Shown here: positions 24,959 to 35,675 of the stretch, one piece after another
Numbering within the stretch: position 1 is the first letter of the stretch
Layout of the letters: every line of letters starts with the position of its first letter
Assembly (NCBI GenBank): GCA_009103225.1
Contig: RHPI01003536.1
Span: 145,195 to 180,869, forward strand
DNA: 35,675 nt
Source of the DNA: Chlorokybus atmophyticus
Taxonomy: Eukaryota > Plantae > Mesostigma and Chlorokybus algae
Reading direction: 5' to 3'
Program-made: the position numbers and the translations under genes
Notes under the pieces: generated by a model
What the model saw: the letters and a program-made list of their open reading frames with translations, nothing else
The model's database searches: none
Told to the model about the DNA's origin: nothing

Positions 24959-25600
24959 CTACATGTTGCGTGTATGTAGGTGGCCTACTGCCGGTCCGTC
25001 GTACTTTGCTTGGGAACGTGCTTGTGTACGGCCAGGCAAATGGTCATCATGACTCCACTCCAGAGTCAGTCTGCGATCGACGGACAGACAAGAAAAATCT
25101 GTAAGTATGTCAGCGCCAATGGGTCCACACTGTGGACCCATTGGCCAACCTGTTTGTTTCTGCAGTGGACTCCACAACAGAAACAAACAGGTTTGCACAG
25201 CGCTCAGCAGCACGTACTTGAATGTCAGTACAGTTGGTGTAATTGCACACGCTGTTGCAGGTACCATATAGAAGTCCTACAAGACTTTATGCCATGACAT
25301 GTTCGGGCCGGTCAACATGCAGGAACAAGTTAAGGGCATATCACTGCTTCAAGCTTCAAGGCGGGACCACGCTGCTGGCTAGCAGCCTGATAAGATGAAT
25401 TGGACTGCTGTGGTTGTGCATGTGGGTTGGACGTAAATACATGACGTGGCTGCTTAGATGGTAGGATTGAGTTTTAGGGTCAATTCGTATAACGGGCAAG
25501 ACATGATTGCCCGTTGAGCCCTGATTTTGGCATGATGACGCATACCACAACCGCACGGTTGCGGCAGAGGTATAAGTAGTATACTCAAGAGTAGCAGCAT
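24959..25600 (-). CDS. Tentative small secreted Cys-rich protein or gene fragment
   Basis: MLLLLSILLIPLPQPCGC(G) at 25600-25546 has a GTATGC donor that splices in phase to 25276-25150 (GLLYGTCNSVCNYTNCTDIQVRAAERCANLFVSVVESTAETN) and then to an exon starting near 25070. The 3' end is unresolved. Confidence 0.35.
25115..25145. repeat. Perfect inverted repeat, 15-bp arms with a 1-nt spacer
   Basis: GCCAATGGGTCCACA-C-TGTGGACCCATTGGC. Confidence 0.95.
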
Positions 25601-26747
25601 GCTATTATAGCCACCGACATGGCATGGCATCATGCTATGCCATGTCAATGGTAAAGGTGGGGGTCAAGAGGGTAATGCTCTTACCCTGTTGTTGAACTAA
25701 GGCTGTCATAAGCACTGAGGGAAGGGAATGCAAGGCACACAGCTTGCCATTTGTTTACGTGCGTGAGGACCAGTGCAGACTCCACTTAACGAGCAGCTAG
25801 AGAGTGGTAATTATAAGCTGGCCATATAAGCATGCAGGCGGTTTAAGTCTCACATAGTGGTGACGCTTGATGTGGGCACCTGCCTGTACCATGGTAGCAT
25901 ATCATGTCATGCCAGTGACAAGCTCTAACAAGCTGACAAAGGATACAAACAGACGGTTTGTAGGGGCCAACTTATCTTCATGTCGACGCGGTCAACCTTG
26001 CCATACTTAAAAAACAGTCGCTCAACTTGAAAGCGAGATCTCGCTTGGGCGCCATATATTCACAATATGAGCAGGACACGGGGTTGATGTCATTATCGTC
26101 CATGTTAGCTTACACTTGCAAAAACAGAACTGTTAAGAAGTAAGTGGGCGCAGCTGCCGACAACGGGCTTTCATCGCATGCAATGCAAGCGTTACTGCTT
26201 GCTGGCTGATGAACTTCGCAACAGCGAAAACAGCAATGGCGCATGCATGCTGAGGACACTTTGAAGTACTTTTCACAGCAAGTATTTGCCCTCGAAGGCA
26301 CCAGTGGCGGTTGCTACCGCCACTGCCACCGCTGGTGCCCACCGGAACCCTCGTGACGCTTTAATAGCAAAGGTGTACTACACCATTGCTATCGGAGTGA
26401 CGCTATCATTTGGAATAATATACAGACTTTTGTTCATTGAAAGGTGTGTACAAAGGTGTACTTTGTGTCTTTAAGCTTGCCATGATAATGAGCACGTGGC
26501 AATGCTATAATGTGAGACATCCTCGCATGGCTCGTCTCACACAGCAACGACCCTGCTTTACTACAATCAAGTGCATGCGTCCTGCTGAATGGTTTCTCTT
26601 GTGCATCTCTCGTACAAAAATGTGTACAATGACAATCCACCCAAAAGAACTTCACTCTTGCACAAAAATAAGGAGGGCGTTGCTAAATTTGCAATGAAGG
26701 TTTGTACTCGCAACCACGGCGCATTACATGCATTATGGCGCGCGAAA

Positions 26748-26944
26748 GGGGGGGGGGGGGGGGGNNNNNNNNNNNNNNNNNNNNNNNNNNNNNNNNNNNN
26801 NNNNNNNNNNNNNNNNNNNNNNNNNNNNNNNNNNNNNNNNNNNNNNNNNNNNNNNNNNNNNNNNNNNNNNNNNNNNNNNNNNNNNNNNNNNNNNNNNNNN
26901 NNNNNNNNNNNNNNNNNNNNNNNNNNNNNNNNNNNNNNNNNNNN

Positions 26945-26976
<32 letters not shown>
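26748..26976. other. Assembly gap (N 26765-26944) flanked by poly-G runs
   Basis: Seen directly. Confidence 0.98.
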
Positions 26977-26977
<1 letters not shown>

Positions 26978-28978
26978 AGTTCTATATTGTTGCGTAAGCC
27001 TGAGCAATTGCACGGTGGCTCGCGATGGCTTTAATATTGCTAATCACTGTAATGTATGTTAGTTATGTATGGTTAATCATCACTAAAATGTGGGTAGTAT
27101 ACAAGGGAGCTATGATTTCAACCCCAGATTATCTGCTTCGCACAACGACATCCAACTGAATATGTCTTTGCACATTTAATCAAGGATAAAGCATTAATCA
27201 GTATTAAATAACATAACGTTCAGAGTATAATAAATGTTGGTGATCGTGGAGTGTGCACTAAGACAACAATGCCTGGTTTTAATGCTGTGGTACATGTCAG
27301 CGCTTTAAGTTAGGTAAGTACGTCACGAGCGACTTATGCAGTACATGCAACGCACATGTGCGTGCACTTGGACAAATGTGTATTTGCATATTCAGGTTTG
27401 ACTCAGCTCTTTGAAACTCTTCACAGGATAGAATCCGAGCATGTCAATCATGTGTTGACGCAACCTTGCAATTTAGCCCAATACCACGGCTTACAACAAC
27501 CACGGCCGTATTTACCTTGAACTTGTTGCTTTTATAATGTTAGCCAACAATTGAGGCGAGCAATGCATGTATCTCCTTGTGTTTGCTATGCAGTGCAGAA
27601 ATTGCATTCTGGCTGAAGCACTTTTTAGAGTGTCTTGTAATTGTACAAGCCACGCGGTACCCGCTGTGCCATCCCAGTGTTCAACAACCGAAAAGCCCCC
27701 ATTGCGATTGACAATGGTAATGCAACCCTGAGCACGGCCTGCATCAACACTTCTATGGGTTAACCGCAATCGTCATCTTTGCTGTACAACGGTGTTGATG
27801 GCATATTAATACATGCAAACATCTGGTCCTTAACTATCACTTACCGGTGTACTACCAATACAAAATATATGTAGTTACGGGACTTCTATATATGTGACGT
27901 AAAAATGTGACATATTTGGCTCCTTAACATATGGCCTATGGCAACGACTTGGGTTTATATAGCCTGGTAGTTAAGAGAATATGAGATTGCTAACTTAGCG
28001 TTTACGGGATATGATGAGTTCAACCACCAAGCGCGATAAAGTCTATCTGTGCTTGCAAATGCAACATGTGATTCCGCTACACATTGCACCATACGAGTAT
28101 GTAAAGATGAGCAAATGAAAGCTACCTTACTGTTATTCGTGCTTGCAAGTATCTCAACTTATCATAGTCTTGTATGCAAATAGTTGCATAACCAAAGTGA
28201 TTGTGATGTGCTTGAATTGGCATTGGCAATTCACGCGACAGCTGCTGCCGCCTTGGTTGTATGCTGTATGTTGTGCACATGCGTTCACGTGAAGTACATG
28301 TCGTTAATCATCCCACGTTAAATGTATTCACAGATAATGCATGCATCCAAACTTGCGGCTTTGCGCCCTATGGGGTCATCAATGCATGGGGGATGATACG
28401 AAATGTCGTTTCATCCCTATGCGCCATTGGTATGGTTCCAATGGCGAAACCCCCAATGTGCGCAAGTCAAATTGAACCATGTGCAGCTTGAATAGTGTTG
28501 CATGTGGCCTTGTTCCAGATTAATCAATGTTTATTTATCAACCTCACATACAGTGCTGTGCTGTCAATGAGCAACCACATGGCATAAATAACAAGTGTTT
28601 CGCGCACAGGTTCTAAGCAGGGCCACAAAAATGCATTAACGTTTGTCAGCACTTGCAGAAAATGGGGAGCTGTTGGTAATAAACGCACGAAAAATATGCT
28701 TTTTCGCGGTTGTCCAGTCCATTTGAGACATGGTGGCCGCTGGTGCACACAATATAGTATTGAGGTAACCTGCCAGTCACATAGCACAGTAGGCAAGTCA
28801 AGGCACACAACTGTATCAACAACACAACAAGGCAACAAACATCAAACTAGCTGAGGGGCTGGTTTCCTATGTGCGTGCTCAACAAGACAAGAACAGGCAG
28901 GAGCAGGTGAGGGCAGGCCGGAGTTGCGCCATGGGATACCTGGGCAAAGGAGCATGCATGCATGCTAGCCCAGCCCGG

Positions 28979-29012
28979 GCTGTGTACGCATGGGGCCCCA
29001 TGCGTACACAGC
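28979..29012. repeat. Perfect 34-bp palindrome with no spacer
   Basis: GCTGTGTACGCATGGGGCCCCATGCGTACACAGC equals its own reverse complement. Confidence 0.95.
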
Positions 29013-29739
29013 TGCAACCACAACCACAACACAATCACTGGCATCACAGTCAATTGCACACTCACGCACAGACACGGGTGGCCGAGGAATCCATGCAGTT
29101 AAAGCACGGCCAATGGCGATGGGAGTTGAACAATAAGGCTGTCAACAACACACTATTTTCATTAATCAGTCGGCAAGGCCAGTGTTTGGCGTGCGGCTGT
29201 GGAGACTGCTACCAGGATGCTCTAGCACAGCACTGGTGTGCAGGTGAATATCCTATACCATAATAGTAGCAATGCAGAAACACCAACACAACAGCAAGCA
29301 TCAGCAGCAACACAAGAACTCTGCATATAGAACATTCAAAGTACGGCAACCGCATTCACCGCAGCAATCATGGTGAGCAAGCAATTTTTGCACGGCGCTA
29401 GACCAAAATGGTCGCAACCAACAGAGTGTGCACTGCAACATCCGCAAAGCACACAAGTGTCAACACCACAAGTTCGCAAAGCAACATGTACTTGATGAAT
29501 GTACGACCAGGTGTATTCTTGCGGCTAACAACCACCCCAACCCTTTACACATTTGCACCATTCAACCAGCTTACACCAGCTCTTATTGTCCAAGTTCTCC
29601 AACCTTTGTACTAGGATGCAGACAAAGCCAGAGGTGCAATGCAAGTGCTCGACTTTGATGACCTTCAATTACAATCAGGCAGGTTGCATCCACGTGCCGC
29701 GCCACTTTAGTTATTGCGGGCGAACGTGTTGTAGACTTC

Positions 29740-30573
29740 AACCGCTGCATACATTGGCAGTGGTAGTTAACAAGTTCAGTTATAACAGTTGGGTAGAGAG
29801 CATGGCGGAACTTGAGCTTGACGATATCAGGGCACTGCGCGTATGGCCGCGTCATTGAGTTGAGCAGCGCCGTCGCAGCCTGGCTCGCAAAACAATCAGC
29901 CTGACAATCGCTCTCTCAGTCATGACACAACACGCACGACAACATCTCTCATCCACCTCACAGCCAACCAACCTGAGTATTCGTCTTCAAAAGACTCTCC
30001 CCCATGGTGCGGTTGCCATACAAACGCCTGATAACAGCCGCATCCTCTGGAGCCCGGCTCGCAAAGGCATTATATAACCTCGTGGAAGGCTGAATGAATG
30101 CTGGCGGGCCAGTTGCACCTTCGCTTGCGCAAGCCCCAGAGATACCAGGTAAAGGCAATGCAGGCCCGTCGCCCTGTGGGTCTCCCATCAGGAAAGTTTT
30201 CGTATCCGTTCATGTAGGAGACACAGAATTATATCAGTGTTGAAGAGACAAAAGCTGCGTGCTGTTAAACGGGCATCGTGACGTACGGGCTGCATGCTTG
30301 CTTGTACTCCACCACAGTGGTATTTTTGACTTTCGTGACGCTCTGGTTGTTCTGCGTGATGGTGATGGTGACGGTCTTTGTTCCCACGGTGCTGTACCGA
30401 CAGATATCCCCTTCCTACACACAGCAGCTTGTTGAGCGCCAGGGTTCTCAGACGTGCACACCAGTAGGCAAGCACACCTGCATTTGTACTGCTGCATGCA
30501 CACATGCGCATGCGTTCATGCACTGGCTGTTGGTTGGATGCACACGCTTACTCTCGCTCGCTCTCACTGGCGT

Positions 30574-30614
<41 letters not shown>

Positions 30615-32938
30615 NNNNNNNNNNNNNNNNNNNNNNNNNNNNNNNNNNNNNNNNNNNNNNNNNNNNNNNNNNNNNNNNNNNNNNNNNNNNNNNNNNNNNN
30701 NNNNNNNNNNNNNNNNNNNNNNNNNNNNNNNNNNNNNNNNNNNNNNNNNNNNNNNNNNNNNNNNNNNNNNNNNNNNNNNNNNNNNNNNNNNNNNNNNNNN
30801 NNNNNNNNNNNNNNNNNNNNNNNNNNNNNNNNNNNNNNNNNNNNNNNNNNNNNNNNNNNNNNNNNNNNNNNNNNNNNNNNNNNNNNNNNNNNNNNNNNNN
30901 NNNNNNNNNNNNNNNNNNNNNNNNNNNNNNNNNNNNNNNGGGGGGGGCACACACACACGCACATACACCTTAATGGAGTCTGCGCCGCAGTCGATGGCCT
31001 TGATGCCGTCATTGCTGGTAATGACGTTGTTGAACTTGGGCACAATGTGGACGGCCTCGCCGACATAGGGTTTGAAGTTGCGGGTGGCTGCCTCCGCCCT
31101 TATGGAGGCGATGCCCAAGGGACGTTTCTCCCCGAATCTACCAACAAAGGTGAGAGTGATAGATGTGCTGAACGTTAGCGGGGCGGAAGAAGTGGCGGGA
31201 TATGGCGTGGGAGACCTGACCCTGGCACTAATGGGATGTGTTCCTGGGGTTAGCCGCAGTCTGCCGGTGTCGAGCAAAGGCTTGGTAGTACCCAACGCAT
31301 CGTCAAAGGCGCCATCATTGTCAAAGTCCCAATCCATCACTTGCTGATTGCCACACACGTCCACGGCCACACCTCCGTAGAGATTCGTTGTTTGGCACAC
31401 CCCGATGGCAAACGGGTCATCCACGCTGCGAATGCACACGAACACGCTCAGCAAGGGCATGTTGGCGAAAGCATGACGCCAACTCAGCCTTTCAGTCGTT
31501 GCATGCATGTGTTATCATGACACTTACTAGGCAAATGTGCCGACGTTGGTAATCTGATCAAGTCCAAACCACCACTTTCCCGCCTGTCAAGGAGCAAATG
31601 ACATGTGCATGCGCAATGACAGGAGGAGCCCCGAAAATCAATAGAGTGCATGCTTGCGTACCTTGCCAACATGTGAAGCGTGTCGAATCTAGCTTTGGTG
31701 AAAGAGGTGGGCAGCCGAAACGCGCGCACTCTGTCGTTGAGGTTGAATCCCTTGTGCTATAACTACAAGTACACAAGCGTCAACACATGTTTACTTGACA
31801 TGCTTGCAACATGTAGGATACATGCAGCACAGTCCATGATGCAGCAGATTGCTACTTACCAGGGTTACGATCAAAGGGGACCCTGAAGTCCACATCAGGG
31901 TAGCGAAAACCCACGAACACCGTGCGCGTGTTGAAGGCTATCACCGCTTGAAAGGTCTTTACTTTTAGAATGGAAAGCGCTCCTCCCAAAGGCTCACCTG
32001 GAAGAGAAACACACTCTGAGACTTGTAACATCAGACACTGCAACACAGGCACCCACATGGACACGCACACGCACACATATGCACGCACATGCGCACGTGT
32101 TCTTACATTGACCCATGTCACGATGAGCGCCGCCTCGGCGGTCAAGCCGGCGACGAGTGGTGATGTTGGGAAGGAGCCACGTATGTCGCTGGTGATGTCG
32201 GCGAGAAGGGCAGCATCATCAACCACGCGGAAGGCCGTGCCGGTGCAAGCTTGGCAACCCGCTGAGAGGACTGTCCAGAATGCAGCGACCATGCTGTAGG
32301 TAGGGTCGCCCTTATATGGGAATGCATAGCTCAAGGGATAGGACTCCTGGGAGCTGCTGCGGCGGAAGTGCACGGCGCCTGCAAGCGAGAAATGCATGGA
32401 AGTTGAAACACACAGCCACCAATGGTAGCAACAACAAGGCCCAAAGCACGCACCCAATCAAAAACGAGCAAATGTCCCTTGGCCCAGTCAACAACATGCA
32501 CGACAACCCAATCATCCCAATCGAGAACAATCACCGTTGACATTGACAAATGCCCCTTTCACGTTGGGCACCCCAAACACGGGCACGGGATACGGCAGCG
32601 GGATCAGAGGTGAGGAGACGTCACGACTCCTGCAACAAACAGAACGGTGAGTAGCACTTTGTGGTCTCTCGGCACATGTGGACACAGCTCTTTGGACACG
32701 CCGACTTGGCAGGTGGTGCCGCAATTCACTTGACAGTACACAAGTTGCTGATGTGCGTGCGAGGCATTGCAAGCAGCATACCCCCTTATGATGGTGTCGC
32801 CGTTAGCAGCGCCGAAGGGGTATAAGTCATTGACAATCAGAGCGCCCACACGCGAGCAGGCGTGGCTATTAAGCACCACACCAGCACTACTACCAGCGGC
32901 AGTGGCAGCGACTAAGCGATGTTGCCTCCAGACGCCAT
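29740..32938 (-). pseudogene. NIDO-domain plus PKD/Ig-like extracellular protein gene with several frame disruptions (pseudogene or assembly errors)
   Basis: NIDO motifs in order: LYPFGAANGD, IPLPYPVPVFG...AFVNVNG, MVAAFW, FRVVDDAALLADITSDIRGSFP, ALIVTWVN, KTFQAVI...FRY, AQ/GFN..D...LPTSFT, AGKWWFGLD. These are followed by WDFDNDGAFDDA and YSTVGTKTVTITIT. Frame breaks occur at about 32912/32840, 31965-31970, 31749-31751 and near 30190-30230. The 3' limit is unclear and may extend to about 28646. Confidence 0.65.
30575..30947. other. (CA)n run, assembly gap (N 30615-30939) and G run, within an intron of the NIDO gene
   Basis: Seen directly. Confidence 0.97.
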
Positions 32939-33336
32939 CTCTGACAGTGCAAAAATAAGCAATGTTCAAGCTTGTCCAGTGGAAGCTTAGCACACACAAG
33001 TGCAGGCACATTACGTGGGAGTGGGGAAGGGGTTAGTCAAATGAGAAAGGCGGCAAGGATTGTTGCCGCAAGCTGTGCTGCTGCCGACACTAATTGCAAG
33101 CACGTTGTGCAACTTCTATGTGGCAACTACTACGTGGCAATCACACAGTGTGTATGCATGCTTGATGGACTGATAGAGTTGGCAGTAGTTTTACAAGTCG
33201 AAGGGGTGGTGAGTGGTAGGTAGAGAGGTAGACGGCATCAAAGACACAAGTGCTACGGCCGGAGGTTGTGCATGTGCGCGAGTTAGGTGAGAGCGTTGCA
33301 TGTCCGTGTGTTGTTGCAGTTTGTAGCATGCTGAAC

Positions 33337-34470
33337 GTGTGATGCACTATGTACTAAGTAGGCTTGAATAAGTGCAGTAACATTGCGGCTGTACGTACAA
33401 ACACGAGCACACATGCATCAACACACGCACACACTACTTTGCGTACCACACACAGCGTTAAACATACCGGCGACGATGGCTGTCACCGACGGCGAAAAAG
33501 CTTAGAGAGCGCACCAGCTTGCCGCTTGCACAAACATTGAAGTGTCTTGTCAACCACATGTGCTTAGGCCTACTTTTATACCTACCTAGTACCTGTGTAT
33601 TAGAGTTTTTGGTACTCGGCATCCACTGGCAGCACGAGCGCTTTAGAGCTTAAAGCGGCCACCTGTTGAAAGTCTCGGCCGGATCGCAGGAGATTTGACA
33701 AAGTCCTCCTGTCAGTGTGATGCACTATGTACTAAGTAGGCTTGAATAAGTGCAGTAACATTGCGGCTGTACGTACAAACACGAGCACACATGCATCAAC
33801 ACACGCACACACTACTTTGCGTACCACACACAGCGTTAAACATACCGGCGACGATGGCTGTCACCGACGGCGAGAAAGCTTGGAGAGCGCACCAGCTTGC
33901 CGCTTGCACAAACACTGAAGTGTCTTGTCAACCACATGTGCTTAGGCCTACTTTTATACCTACCTAGTACCTGTGTATTAGAGTTTTTGGTACTCGGCAT
34001 CCACTGGCAGCACGAGCGCTTTAGAGCTTAAAGCGGCCACCTGTTGAAAGTCTCGGCCGGATCGCAGGAGATTTGACAAAGTCCTCCTGTCAGTGTGATG
34101 CACTATGTACTAAGTAGGCTTGAATAAGTGCAGTAACATTGCGGCTGTACGTACAAACACGAGCACACATGCATCAACACACGCACACACTACTTTGCGT
34201 ACCACACACAGCGTTAAACATACCGGCGACGATGGCTGTCACCGACGGCGAGAAAGCTTAGAGAGCGCACCAGCTTGCCGCTTGCACAAACATTGAAGTG
34301 TCTTGTCAACCACATGTGCTTAGGCCTACTTTTATACCTACCTAGTACCTGTGTATTAGAGTTTTTGGTACTCGGCATCCACTGGCAGCACGAGCGCTTT
34401 AGAGCTTAAAGCGGCCACCTGTTGAAAGTCTCGGCCGAATCGCAGGAGATTTGACAAAGTCCTCCTGTCA
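33337..34470. repeat. Tandem array of three 378-bp units, about 99% identical
   Basis: Units start at 33337, 33715 and 34093 (GTGTGATGCACTATG...CCTCCTGTCA). Only four variable sites were seen: GAAAAAG/GAGAAAG, CTTAGAG/CTTGGAG, ACATTG/ACACTG, CCGGAT/CCGAAT. Confidence 0.97.
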
Positions 34471-35512
34471 GCAGCTCCGGATAACATGGAGTGCGTTTCA
34501 TGCGTGGTATGTACCACGAACTTGATCATCTTATTGAGCAATCAGTGAAAAAGGTAACCTGAGGCTCAACAATGGCGCCATGTACAGAGTTGCTCTTATC
34601 ATATTGCGGGCGGTACTTTGCATTCTGCGCTGATAAAGGACGCAGCGCACGCACCACGATTACGTTCGTGTTGCCTTCACGCATCTTTCACAATGCAGAC
34701 TTCCCTCTTTGTAAGCATCACATTTTACTTGCTCAGACAAAGCTAACAATTAGCTATTCATTCCATTGACGGGGTATTCTCTTGGTGCCCAAGAGTAATA
34801 CTTTAACTAATAAAAAGAACATATATGCTATCAATCAGGGTTGGCATGTATAATCTCGAGCCACGTCATGATGTTAAGATGATGCTCATTTGTTTACGGT
34901 ATAACACGTAGCTTTCATTTAAGCTACGCATGTTGTAAGCAAATGTTAGCATCATCCGATGCGATGGGTATGGTATTTTGTTGCGTAATGAGCTCTTCAT
35001 GCTATATGCGAGGTATTCCCCTATTACAAGATTTGCCCCACTTGACTATATATGAGGAAAATCTACCGAGCAACAAGATTTGCTTGTAGAACGCTTGAGC
35101 TCACAGCTTTCGCGATGCTGAGTTGTTAACGCGATTACTCTCTGCAGGCGAGCTCTCTTAACAAGGGCAGACTGTATAAGAGATGGTATGCTGGATTGGT
35201 AGCATGCATGGTGTCAAGCACACACAATGTCATGCATGGCAGCCAGCCAGCACATGCAGTCTCATGCCAACACCTTATACAATTGACTCAGTGGGCTACT
35301 CTTAATGCTACATAACAAACCAACTCCCTACCCTGTTAATCACACCAGCATTTTATGTTATACATGCAGCGATAGCGGTGCAATCTTTTAATCTTGACAA
35401 AAGGTGCATGCGTGCGAGTTTGTTTTACAATAGATGTCAAAATTTAAGCGAAAGGGGTTTATATAGCAATTTGTGCTACACATCCTCTGTAGGTTATTAT
35501 TACACGTATCTA

Positions 35513-35513
<1 letters not shown>

Positions 35514-35552
<39 letters not shown>

Positions 35553-35636
35553 ACATATATATATATATGCCATGTGTACATCAGACATGTATACATGATA
35601 CGTACAAAAATCTCAACAATATGAGGCTCTCTCTCG

Positions 35637-35675
<39 letters not shown>
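35514..35675. repeat. (CA)n/(TA)n microsatellites at 35514-35568 and 35639-35675
   Basis: Seen directly. Confidence 0.9.

Noticed and set aside
26748-26976. Poly-G runs as a G-quadruplex element or Gly/Pro-rich ORFs
   Set aside because: They flank an N gap, and poly-G at contig ends is a common sequencing artefact.
27951-27963. GGGTTTATATAGC shared with 35455-35467
   Set aside because: The match is only 13 bp and TATA-like, and the flanks do not align.
27512-28491. Short ORFs in the AT-richer stretch as possible transposase remnants
   Set aside because: No recognisable DDE, RT or integrase motif, terminal repeats or target-site duplications.
33337-34470. Tandem array as a CRISPR array or LTR element
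   Set aside because: Units are 378 bp, contiguous, with no unique spacers, no internal coding region and no TG...CA termini.

Overview
Intron-rich eukaryotic DNA, inferred to be a green alga or early streptophyte from its plant-type TFIIA-gamma, UreF/UreD and S9 peptidase and a telo-box. The left half (1-18.6 kb) is compact and conserved. It holds a minus-strand S9 acyl-peptide hydrolase-like gene running off the left edge, then an operon-like co-oriented trio: a 19-exon fused urease, ureF 109 nt later, and ureD only 17 nt after ureF. A convergent secreted S1/P1 nuclease follows, then TFIIA-gamma with a G-patch gene close behind it. The right half (20-35.6 kb) is accessory and microsatellite-rich, with two assembly gaps. 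It holds minus-strand genes for Cys-rich, probably extracellular proteins: one with myxobacterial-type DGCGG repeats, one with a repeated Cys-pair beta-rich pattern, and an apparently frameshifted NIDO + PKD-like gene. It also has a 3 x 378 bp tandem repeat and short perfect palindromes. Main candidates for something new are the bacterial-operon-like, possibly polycistronic urease-ureF-ureD unit, a second possible bicistron (TFIIA-gamma to G-patch), and a high share of GC-AG introns. All exon structures were traced by hand from splice signals and reading frame, with no database searches.
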